Shown here in pieces: positions 9,551 to 18,506 of a DNA stretch of 19,674 bases. Position 1 is the first letter of the stretch. Every line of letters starts with the position of its first letter. The stretch comes from Octopus sinensis (lineage: Eukaryota). The translations under genes and the position numbers were made by a program. The notes beneath the pieces are model-generated. The model was not told where the DNA came from. It did not search any database and worked only from the letters and a program-made list of their open reading frames with translations. The stretch is taken from the NCBI RefSeq assembly GCF_006345805.1, contig NW_021824084.1:1-19674 (forward strand). The letters run 5' to 3'.

Positions 9551-10304
9551 TTATTTTATTTTTATTTTATTTTATTTTATCTAGTTTCAGCTCACGATTT
9601 GTGGCATGCTGGGGCACCGCCATTCGGTGTTGCTACATGATTTTACTTCATGAATGCTCTTTAGCAATTGCCATTTGGTGCATGAGAGAGTTCGATGCAG
9701 CTGCCCTCATCTGCACCTCCTGCCGTGAAGTCGGTTCATCTGGGACACCTGATAGGAAGAGATCCAGTTTTATTTTAAAGACATCTGCATCCACCCCATG
9801 CAGGTCTCTCAGGTCCTTCGGGAGGCTATTGAAGAGATGTGGGCCTCTGAAGACCAGGCTATCACAGTATCTTGTCCTACATCTTGATGGCAAATTTAGT
9901 CCTTGGTACTATGCAGTGGCGTCCAGTTCTAGCATTTGTATAACTCTCGATGCCAAAGTTTGGGACAAGTCCTTCTAGGATCTTCCAGATGTATATTATG
10001 GCATATCTTTCTCACCTACGCTCTAAGGAAATAGAGTCTTAATCTCTTGAGTCTTTCCCAGTAGCTTATATACTGCACAGAGGCTATTTTCTTCGTGTAG
10101 CTTCGTTGAATCGCCTCAAGTTCTGTGATTAACTTGACACTGGATGGTGACCATAGCTGAGAGCAATAGTCAAAGTGGCTTAGGACAAGTGTCCCCCAGA
10201 GGACCATCATGGTTTCCTGGTCTCTTGTTCTAAAGGTTCTAAGAATCCATCCGGTCAGCCGCCTACATTTCATTGCCAATTTAGTAACATGTACATGAAA
10301 GGTT
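9551..10304 (-). mobile_element. CR1/L2-group LINE, 5'-truncated copy A (frameshifted ORF2 C-terminus, 3' UTR, (TAAAA)n tail)
   Basis: ORFs 10016-10279 (GWILRTFRTR...LSHFDYCSQLWSP...LEAIQRSYTKKI...YWERLKRLRLY) and 9648-9893 (GPHLFNSLPKDLR...FKIKLDLFLSGVPDEP) match the post-RT region of CR1/L2-type ORF2. The tail is at 9551-9580. Confidence 0.88.
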
Positions 10305-10320
10305 ATATATATACATATTT

Positions 10321-10886
10321 GTTTCAGCTCAGAGTTGCGGCTATGCTAATGCACCGCCGTTTTGTGCTACACTGTTATTACGAAGAGCCTCCTCTAATAT
10401 GTGACAGTTAGTGAAGAATGGAGTTTGATATAGCTACTCTCATTTGCACCTCTGGGACTCTCTGGGTTCATCTGGGACTCTCGACAGGAAGATGTCCAGC
10501 TTTGATTTAAAAACCGCTACATCTACTTTCTGCAGGTTCCTCAGACTCTTTGGGAGAATATTAAAAAGCTGTGGGCCCTTCAAACCCAGGCTGATGCAGA
10601 AGCTGGTCCTGAAGCATGATGGCATTGCTGGGATCTTTGGCACTATGCAGTTTGGTCCCGTTCTAGCATTGGTGTAGCTTAAAATGCCAAAATTTGGCAC
10701 AATTCCTTCCAAGATCTTCCAGATATATATCACTGCATACCTCTCCCGTCTTCTCTCCAGGGAGTAGAGTCTTAGCTGTTTCAACCTTTCCCAGTAGCTG
10801 AGCTGTTGCAAAGAGACGATCTTCTTTGTGAATCTTCTCTGGATTGCTTCAAGGTCCGCTGTTAATTTCACACTGGTGGGTGACCA
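10321..10886 (-). mobile_element. CR1/L2-group LINE, 5'-truncated copy B (related subfamily)
   Basis: ORF 10440-10871 reads LEAIQRRFTKKI...SYWERLKQLRLYSLERRRERYAVIYIWKILEG...GPQLFNILPKSLRN...FKSKLDIFLSRVPDEP. The 3' end ggcggtgcattagcatagccgcaactctgagctgaaac is homologous to copy A. Confidence 0.88.
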
Positions 10887-10994
10887 TATATATATATATA
10901 CTCCAAATAAGAAAACGGGCTAAGAGATTAGCACGTCTTTAATGACCAGTTACAATTATTTCTGAACTACTCTGGTGTTCCACGCAGAAGTTTA

Positions 10995-11212
10995 TACCTA
11001 CCTACCTACCTACCTACCTACCTACCTACCTACCTACCTGCCTACCTACCTACCTACCTACCTACCTACATACATACATACATACATACATACATACATA
11101 CATACATACCTACCTACCTACCTACTTACCTACATACATACATACATTCCTACCTACCTACCTACCTACCTACCTACCTACCTACCTACCTACATACATA
11201 CATACATGCATG

Positions 11213-11244
<32 letters not shown>

Positions 11245-11290
11245 CATACATACAAACATACATATGTATGTACATACATATATACATACG
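10995..11290. repeat. (TACC)n/(TACA)n tetranucleotide array
   Basis: Directly visible alternating blocks. Confidence 0.97.
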
Positions 11291-11819
11291 TTTTGTAAGC
11301 ACAACAGACCTGATATAATGATTTGCGACAGGGAAACTGTGTAGAGTTGTGGAAATAGGCTGCCCAGTGAATGTTAACGTGAAGCTGAAGATCAGTGAAA
11401 AAGAGAGCGCCTATGCTGAACTATTGAGGAGTTCAGGTTTATACCTGTAATTAATGGGGCCCTGAGATACGTAACACACTGCCTAAATACCAATCTTCAG
11501 AAATTAGACTTCGCAAAACCAGAAAGGAGAAAGCTGATTCGAAGACTACAAATCCAATCCATCACTGGAACTGTTAAAATCTGTAAAACTTTCCAGAAGT
11601 TTATCGGTTAAGTATATATGTGCATCTCTAGATATATGAGTATATGCATGAGATGACATACATAAAACAAAACATACAAATCTGCACAAATACATACCAT
11701 ACAAGCATACAAAAAATACCCTGTTGTTAATGTTGAAATTCCAATGAAGGAGCCTCGGATCTAGTTTAGAAACCAGCTCTTTCTCTATTGGCCAAATCTT
11801 GAAATAAAACTGAATAATG
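11291..11819 (+). mobile_element. 5'-truncated RLE-type LINE: degenerate endonuclease domain plus 3' UTR, within (ACAT)n
   Basis: Manual translation across frameshifts gives CKHNRPDIMICDRE / LCRVVEIGCPVNVNVKLKISEKESAYAELLRS / PVINGALRYVTHCLNTNLQKLDFAKPERRKLIRRLQIQSITGTVKICKTFQKFIG* (stop 11609-11611). The RPD...D...E motif is the PD-(D/E)xK-type RLE signature. This remnant is not in the ORF track. Confidence 0.85.
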
Positions 11820-11897
11820 ACATACATACATGCGAATATACGTATGTATGTATGTATGTATGTATGTATGTATGTATGTATGTATGTATGTATATTT

Positions 11898-11971
<74 letters not shown>

Positions 11972-11975
11972 GTAC
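11820..11975. repeat. (CATA)n/(TATG)n/(TA)n array
   Basis: Directly visible. Confidence 0.95.
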
Positions 11976-11999
11976 TTATACCGTATTTATATACATGAA

Positions 12000-12130
12000 T
12001 TGCCTTTTTCAGTCATTTGGTTACGGCCGTGCTGGGGCACAGATTTGGATGGTAGAACAAATCACCCGCAGAACTCATTTTTTTAAAGTCTAGTACTTAT
12101 TCTAACAACCACTTTTGCCGAATCGCAACA
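12000..12130 (-). mobile_element. SINE family B, 3' fragment
   Basis: Reverse complement reads gattcggcaaaagtgg...agaataagtactagactt...gtgccccagcacggccgtaaccaaatgactgaaaaagg. Confidence 0.7.
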
Positions 12131-12547
12131 TATACTTGCTTTTTATGGAACTAGAAACATTTATCAATGAAGCTGACAATGTGGGTGTTTTGGTGAAACC
12201 CTTATGAAGTATTTTGCAATCTGGGAATGGGTTTGCTGACACAAAAAAAAGGAAACTTTATGATAAAATAGTCGATTTGTGTGTCGAATTGTACCATCTT
12301 TCGTAAAAAATTATCCACGATTGCATGTGGGTTGCTTGCATCGGCCTGTTGTTTAATGTTCTTTATTTTATAGTCGTTTGCCAATGTCAAATTGTAGTTC
12401 ATGAAAACCCAGTTTAATATAGTTCCAAATTATGAACATGAAGAAGAATATTTTAGTGTAGTTATTTCTGATAGGTAGTGTGAATTTGTTGGATAAAGGA
12501 AAGCTTGAGTCGTGACATTTCCAGTTTTAATATGTGCCTGGGAAAGA

Positions 12548-13164
12548 GGCGGCGAGCTGGCAGAATCGTTAGCACGACGGGGGAAATGCTTAAATGTATT
12601 TCGTCTGCCGTTACGATCTGAGTTCAAATTCCACCGAAGGCGACTTTGCCTTTCATGCTTTCGGGGTCGATTAAATAAGTACCAGCAACGCACTGGGGTC
12701 GATATAATCGACTTAATCCGTTTGCCTGTCCTTGTTTGTCCCCTCTATGTTTAGCCCCTTGTGGGTAGTAAAGAAACAAGAATCGTTAGCACGCCGGGCG
12801 AAATGCGTACCCGTATTTCGTCTGCCGCTACGTTCTGAGTTCAAATTCCGCCGAGGTCGACTTTGCCTTTCATCCTTTTGGGGGCGATTAAATAAGTACC
12901 AGTTACGCACTGGGGTCGATATAATCAACTTAATCCCTCTGTCTGTCCATGTTTGTCCTCTCTATATTTAGGCCCTTGTGGGCAATAAAGAAATAGGTAT
13001 TTCGTCTGTCATTACGTTCTAAGTTCAAATTCCGCCGAGGTCGACTTTACCTTTCATCATTTCGCAGTCGATAATTTAAGTACCAGTTGCGTACTGGGGT
13101 CGATCCAATAGACTGCCCCCCCTCCCCAAAAATTTCGGGCCTTGTGCCTAGAGTAGAAAGGAAT
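12548..13164 (+). mobile_element. tRNA-derived SINE family A, trimer
   Basis: Three head-to-tail units (12548-12777, 12778-12995, 12996-13164) each contain gagttcaaattcc-type B box, gactttgcctttcat core and ctggggtcgat. Only the last unit has the ccttgtgcctagagtagaaagga tail. Confidence 0.92.
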
Positions 13165-13390
13165 ATGTGCCTAGAACATTACATATTATATTGGTTGTCT
13201 GAAGTACTTTCTCTATTGCGCGCCAGTTTGCGGTTTCCTGTTTATAAAGTAGGTTTTGTGTTCTGGTATTGTTGCAATATATTTTATGTTCGAGCTGTTT
13301 TCTACATACAAAAAACAACTCCAAAAATAAAAGCGAAACCACCACCACCACCAGCAGTAATACAATCATCACCACCATCATCATCATCAT

Positions 13391-13423
<33 letters not shown>

Positions 13424-13427
13424 TAGT

Positions 13428-13790
13428 GGCGCAATGGCCCAATGCTTAGGACAGCGGACTCGCGGTCGGAGGATCGCGGTTTCGATTACCAGACCGGGCG
13501 TTGAGTGTGTTTATTGAGCGAAAGCACCTAAAGCTCCAGGAGGCTGCAGCAGGGGGGGGGGTGATCTCTGTTGTACTCTTTCGCTCCAACTTTCTCTCAT
13601 TCTTTCTTCCTGTTTCTTGTCCCCGACTTCCTACGCAACCGCTGAGCCTGGATGCGCATTCATCCATCCGTCGATGCTCTCGGTGTCGGGGGTTGACCTG
13701 CTTTCTCTTCTGCGGGTCTTACGAATAGCAAAGGACCACGTTTCGGACTTCTCCCATCTTGCGAGCTCTGGGATGAAGACCGCTTAGCTC
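13428..13790 (+). mobile_element. tRNA-derived SINE family C, tail variant 1, within (CAG/CAA)n
   Basis: Has A box tggcccaatgc and B-box-like ggtttcgattacc. The body is shared with 15834-16022 up to ttcttcctgtttct (13617), followed by a distinct GC-rich tail 13618-13790. Confidence 0.82.
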
Positions 13791-13927
13791 AACAGCAACA
13801 GCAACAGTAGCAGCAGTAGCAGCAGCAGCAGCAGCAAGCTTAAATACTACAAGCGAATGGATAAAATGTGAAAACTTGATTATGAAGTTCATTTATGTAT
13901 TTTTTCAACGGTTTTCATGAATTAACT

Positions 13928-14238
13928 CATAGAATCTCGAAGTGGGCGCTACCGCCCTCTGGTGGGCGTTGAGAGGGTCCAGATGGGTGCTGTTGCTTAG
14001 GGGGGGCGGGCAGAGAAAAATGAGGCATTGCGAGGAAGGCAGTGGGTTGGGGAACCCTATAAATTAATAATATTATTATAGTATTGTATACAAATGATAT
14101 TATATTAAGTATCAAATGATTCATAGCATATATAAATTAGTAAAATATAAAATATTTATTTATACATAAATATAGGGGGCGCTGAGAGTATTATGTGGCC
14201 ATGGTGGGGGGGGGACCCCAAAAGTTTGAGAACCTCTG
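13928..14238. mobile_element. Non-autonomous hAT-superfamily MITE
   Basis: Perfect 8-bp TSD aattaact (13920-13927, 14239-14246). The right TIR reads cagaggttctcaaac (reverse complement), typical of hAT/Charlie. The left TIR catagaatctcgaag is degenerate (10/15). Subterminal GC-rich blocks surround an AT-rich interior. Confidence 0.85.
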
Positions 14239-14329
14239 AATTAACTCCACAGATTCATCTGTGGATCGAAACCAGAGAAGTCAATGACTAAATCTCTACC
14301 CATAGCAGTCGCTTTTATTCCAAATACCA

Positions 14330-14846
14330 TGTAGTGACGTCATGTTCCAGTGTGCGCACACACAACGTCATTCTTCAGTGTGCGTGTGCGGAGCGTCCTT
14401 CTTCAGTGTGCGTGTGCGGGGTTGGAACCTTCTGGAAAGGCATAAGGAAGTTCCCTCATGCACATGCGCTAGAGACTGAAGAATAAATTCTATCGCGTTC
14501 TTTAATAGCGTTCGGGGACTTGAGACACGGCGATAGAAGAGAAAGGACGTATTTTTAAACGTGTGATCAGCCTAAACTCCTGTCCCAGACGCTTAGGATT
14601 TAACCTGTTCTATTGCTGCTGAATTGTTGTAAGAAGCTTACAAACGCTTGAATTCAGCCTTGCTGTGTTGAACTAAGTGGAAACCAGTATACCATCGTGT
14701 TTCATTGTTGAAACAGAGAATAAAGAATTGTATATATTTTTAAACTTGCGTTTCGTTCCTGACTGGTAGTTTCTAGAAACAAAAAGAAAGGAAATTGTGT
14801 TGCACCCAAGTTGCACCCCAAAAGTGTAAAGAAGCAACCCTTTACA
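14330..14846 (+). mobile_element. Solo LTR (517 bp), probably Ty3/Gypsy-type
   Basis: Termini TGTA...TACA with a 4-bp TSD acca (14326-14329, 14847-14850). It has three tandem 28-bp units at 14338-14421 and AATAAA at 14719-14724. There is no PBS or PPT in the flanks. Confidence 0.72.
14335..14342. promoter_or_regulatory. Perfect CRE/ATF palindrome TGACGTCA in the LTR U3 region
   Basis: Exact motif match. Half-site CGTCA recurs at 14366-14370. Function is not shown. Confidence 0.35.
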
Positions 14847-14945
14847 ACCAAATTCTCGTTGCAGATGGTCGCCATTATCGAGGTGTTGATTATTGCAAAG
14901 ATATTTATAATTTTTGTTTTGTTTCAATTATCCTAAATTCCATTC

Positions 14946-15350
14946 AGCTCTCTCTCTCTCTTTCTCTGGCTCTATCACTCACTCTCTGGTTCTCTCCCAC
15001 TTTCTCTCTATCTCCTCTCTCTCTCTGTCACTCTCATTTTCTCTCTGTCACTCTCTATTCCATTCTCTCCCTGTCACTCTCTTTCTCTGGCTCTCTCACT
15101 CACTCTCTGGTGCTCTCTATCTTCTCTCTCACCCTGTTTCTCTCTGTCACTCTATTTCTCTCTCTATCTCTCTGTCACTCTGTCACTCTCTTTTTCTGGT
15201 TTTCTCGCTCTGTCTCTGACTCTCTCTCTTTCTCTCTATCTCTCTCCCTCTGTGTCTGCGTCATTCTCAGTCATTCTCTCTCCCTCTCCCTCTGTCACTC
15301 TGTGTCATTCTCTCTCTCTCCTTCTTTCTTTCTCTCTTTCTTTTCTCTTT
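14946..15350. repeat. CT-rich cryptic minisatellite with recurring ctctctgtcact motif
   Basis: Directly visible. Confidence 0.85.
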
Positions 15351-15464
15351 TTACTCCTAATTTCTTTTGCCTTTTTCATCTCCACCACATTTTACTAATC
15401 ATCTTCTTCTTCTTCTTCTTCTTCTTCTTCTTCTTCTTCTTTTCCGAAAGAAAAAACAAAAGAA

Positions 15465-15525
15465 CACGGACGAAAATACCGCTAAAAGTTTTGTCCGGCG
15501 TGTAAACGCTTTCAGCAGCTCTCCA
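15465..15525 (-). mobile_element. SINE family A, degenerate head fragment
   Basis: Reverse complement ggagagctgctgaaagcgtttacacgccggacaaaacttttagcggtattttcgtccgt matches the family A head. Confidence 0.6.
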
Positions 15526-15643
15526 CAACGACAACAAAACAACCACAGCCACAACCGCAAGAACAAAATCATCATCATCAACAACAACTTATAATAAAAA
15601 CGAATAAATAAATAAATAAATAAATCAACTACAGTCCTTATAA

Positions 15644-16022
15644 TGTGGCACTCCGTCGTTTACGACGACGTGGGTTCCAGTTGATCCGGTCAACGTAACA
15701 GCTTACTCGTGAAATTAACGTGCAAGTGGCTGAGCACTCCACAGACACGTGGGTACCCTTAACGTAGTTCTCGGGGAGATCCAGCGTGACACATAGTTTG
15801 ACGAGGCTGGCCCCTTTGAAATACAGGTACAACAGAAACAGGAAGAAAGAGTGAAAGTTGTGGTGAAAGAGTACAGCAGGGTTCGCTACCACCCATTGCC
15901 GGAGCCTTGCGGAGCTTAGGTGTTTTCGCTCAACAAACACTCACAACGCTCGGTCTGGGAATCGAAACCGCGACCCTACAACCGCGAGTCTACCGCCCTA
16001 ACCACTGAGATACTGCGTCTCC
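15644..16022 (-). mobile_element. tRNA-derived SINE family C, tail variant 2
   Basis: Reverse complement shows the head ggagacgcagtatctcagtggttagggc...cgcggtttcgattcccagacc and a body shared with 13428-13617. The tail is gttgtacctg...gtggagtgctcagccacttgcacgttaatttcacgag...cgtcgtcgtaaacgacggagtgccaca. Confidence 0.85.
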
Positions 16023-16559
16023 ACGTTCTTCTAATGAACTACATTGCAGTGACATGTCCCCTACTCAGCAGAATTGTTTGCTCCGACATTCCGTTTGTTA
16101 GCAGCGACAGTTATCAGCAACAACAAACACATTGATTAAGAGGCTGAGAGCATTCTTACGTTATTGTTTGTACATGTTGTTGCTGTTATAGTTGTATATT
16201 TATTTTCTTTCCCTCTTTCGTTACAGCTCACATTACACCCGCATATACATATACACAGACACATATATACACTCACAGTTTGTCTTGTCAGCGCGTTAAC
16301 TAAGAACATTGACAGTACAGATGTACAAATTACTTCCCTTGACGAGCTCTTTCATATTAAGTTTTTCTTCGCTGGCGCATTCAAATATTACTCTTTCTTC
16401 ACGTATCTCTTTCTAAAGCCTCCCTTCTCTCCTACTTAAAGACAAACACGCATGCGCTCATTTGATTTTATTCTTCGTTCTGTCACTTGCTCAAATTTTA
16501 TCGAGTTACCACTCTTGTATCCTCTTCTCTTCCCTCACTCTTTTTAATGCTGTTCCGCA

Positions 16560-16815
16560 ATATATATATATATATACACCCCCCCACCACATACACATAT
16601 ATATAGAGAGATAGAAAGATAGATAGATACGTGTGTGTATGTATTATGTATGCATGTATGTATGTATTAAAATGCATGAATGTGTGTGGTATATATATAT
16701 ATATATATATATAATACATAATAAAATATATATATAATATATATGTATATGCATATTTATATAATATACATATATATATATATATAATATATATATAGAT
16801 ATATATATAGATAGG

Positions 16816-16874
<59 letters not shown>

Positions 16875-16875
16875 A
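16560..16875. repeat. (TA)n/(GATA)n compound microsatellite
   Basis: Directly visible. Confidence 0.95.
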
Positions 16876-17309
16876 TTAACCGTCACCTTTCTGTGCGTTT
16901 ATAGATATCCACACATACAACACACACTCACACACATTTATATACAGGCACACATGCACACGACTGCGTATGTACGTGCGTGCGTGTTTGTCTGTCTGTC
17001 TGTCTGTGGTGCTTGTCCTAGTGTCCACGCGAATACCGTACTCTTTCACACCAACCGTCCACCTCGCTCGCATTCATTAGATTCCCTGTTAAATATTTAT
17101 TTATTTATTTATTTATCAACATTGTCCCTTGAAATCACAAGAGCCAGATGTCTATGCAACGATTACCCAACGTCTGTCGTGTAGTTTTTGACAACTTTTT
17201 CCTATTGTCCCATTAACCTAATATATACTACACAATCTTACTCTCGTACAGTCGACAATTCAATCAAACTAGTCATAGCGTATTCTACTTTTCCTTCCTT
17301 CCTTCCTTC

Positions 17310-17830
17310 CTTCCTTCCTTCATGCATTCATTCATTCATTCATTCATTCCTTCCTTCCTTTCTTTCTGCTCTTTCTTCATTAGCTTCTTCCGTAGTTCTC
17401 TTCTTTATATTTCTTTGTATTTCAATTTCATTCCATTTTCTTTCACAGTTTAGTTATTTTAGCATAACTGTCGTGTGATTATCGTTATTGCTGGTCTTCT
17501 TCTTCTTCTTCTTCTTCTCTTCTTCTTCTTCTTCTTCTTCTTCTTCTTCTTCTTTCTTCTTCTTCTCTTCTTCTTCTTCTTCTTCTTCTTCTTCTTCTTC
17601 TCTTCTTCTTCTTCTTCATTTTTCCTTTCTTTCTTCTTCTTCTTCTTTCTTCTTCTTCTTCTTCTTCTCTTCTTCTCTCCTCCTCCTCCTCCCTCAATCT
17701 TCTTCTCATTATCTCATCATCTCATCATCATCTCATCATCATCATCATCATCATCATGCATCATATTATTATTATTATTATTATTATATATTATCATTAT
17801 TATTATTATTAATATTATTATTATTAATAT
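17310..17830. repeat. (TTCC)n/(TTCA)n then (CTT)n/(CAT)n/(ATT)n arrays
   Basis: Directly visible, with a short unique spacer at about 17365-17495. Confidence 0.93.
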
Positions 17831-17834
17831 AACT

Positions 17835-17975
17835 TGGCGATGAGTTAGCTGAATCGATTACCTGCCGGACAAAATGCTTAGAGTTATTTTGTCCGTCTCT
17901 ACGTTAATTTTGCCTTTCATCCTTTCAGAGAATCCATAAATTAAGAACCAGTGAAACACTGGAGTTGGATGTAGT
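17835..17975 (+). mobile_element. SINE family A, old degenerate copy
   Basis: ggcgatgagttagctgaatcgattacctgccggacaaaatgcttagag...ttttgcctttcatcctttcagag...aaattaagaaccagtgaaacactggag shows head and core with the B-box region deleted. Confidence 0.7.
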
Positions 17976-18007
17976 TTAAGGCCGTATATCTCTAGTATAA
18001 AAGATTA

Positions 18008-18203
18008 TTATTACTTCCGCCTTCGCTAAAGTGGGGGTATCTTTTACAGTCGTATTTGTTTGTTCGTTTGTTTGTCAGTCCGTGGACAAGATATCTCAAG
18101 AAACTCTGGATGGAATCGGATAAAAATTTCAGGGATGTTTGGCCTCGTGACTGACACGAATTGATTACATTGATTACACGAATTGATTATATTTTAATAT
18201 CCC

Positions 18204-18204
<1 letters not shown>
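18008..18204 (+). mobile_element. DINE-1/HINE-like (Helentron-associated) non-autonomous element, 3'-truncated
   Basis: Starts ttattacttccgcc with a nearby degenerate inverted copy (gtgggggt), then a (GTTT)n tract and the core gatatctcaagaaactctggatggaatcggataaaaatttcaggg. This is the recalled architecture of these elements. No 3' hairpin is present. Confidence 0.6.
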
Positions 18205-18260
<56 letters not shown>

Positions 18261-18506
18261 ATTATTATTGAGTGAGAGAGCAGTGCATGCCATCAAAGTG
18301 ACACTGGGGTAAGATATACGAAGCCCAGTATCTCCATTATGACTACCCGTGCATTAACAGTACAACAGGCAAATCTGTGGTATTGAGCAGAATACTTGCT
18401 GTAACACATCTTTTATAACAAGACCAAGAGAACATCAAGCACATGCATCGCAACCATATGCACGTGACATAGTGATCTCATATCAAGATAAACAGCGCAT
18501 GACCCT
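18205..18506 (-). mobile_element. Probable LINE 3' UTR remnant with (AAT)n tail, clade uncertain
   Basis: Minus strand ends ...ccccagtgtcactttgatggcatgcactgctctctcactc followed by a long (AAT)n (18205-18268). Non-coding. It resembles a cephalopod repeat from memory. Confidence 0.5.

Noticed and set aside
9505-10677. Plus-strand ORFs 9505-9978 and 10444-10677
   Set aside because: They are antisense shadows of the minus-strand LINE ORF2 remnants.
11386-11402. CTGAAGATCAGTGAAA hammerhead-like string
   Set aside because: It lies within RLE LINE coding sequence and has no stem II, I or III.
12202-12402. Minus-strand 66-aa ORF and nearby AG/GT pairs as a candidate exon
   Set aside because: No recognisable domain is present, and no convincing splice-site pair keeps a frame open.
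13428-13500. SINE heads (also at 12548, 1251 and 16022) as tRNA genes
   Set aside because: A and B boxes are present, but there is no complete cloverleaf or acceptor stem, and each continues into SINE body sequence.
12430-13728. ORFs overlapping 12430-12971 and 13446-13728 with natural-looking composition
   Set aside because: They lie within SINE families A and C. The near-identical peptides from tandem units reflect the repeat, not a gene.
14338-14421. Regular 28-bp repeats as a CRISPR-like array
   Set aside because: The repeats are contiguous tandem units with no unique spacers, in a eukaryotic LTR context.
14476-14552. CTGAAGA...9-bp stem...GAAA inside the solo LTR as a hammerhead
   Set aside because: There are unpaired nucleotides between the core and stem II, and neither stem III nor stem I forms.
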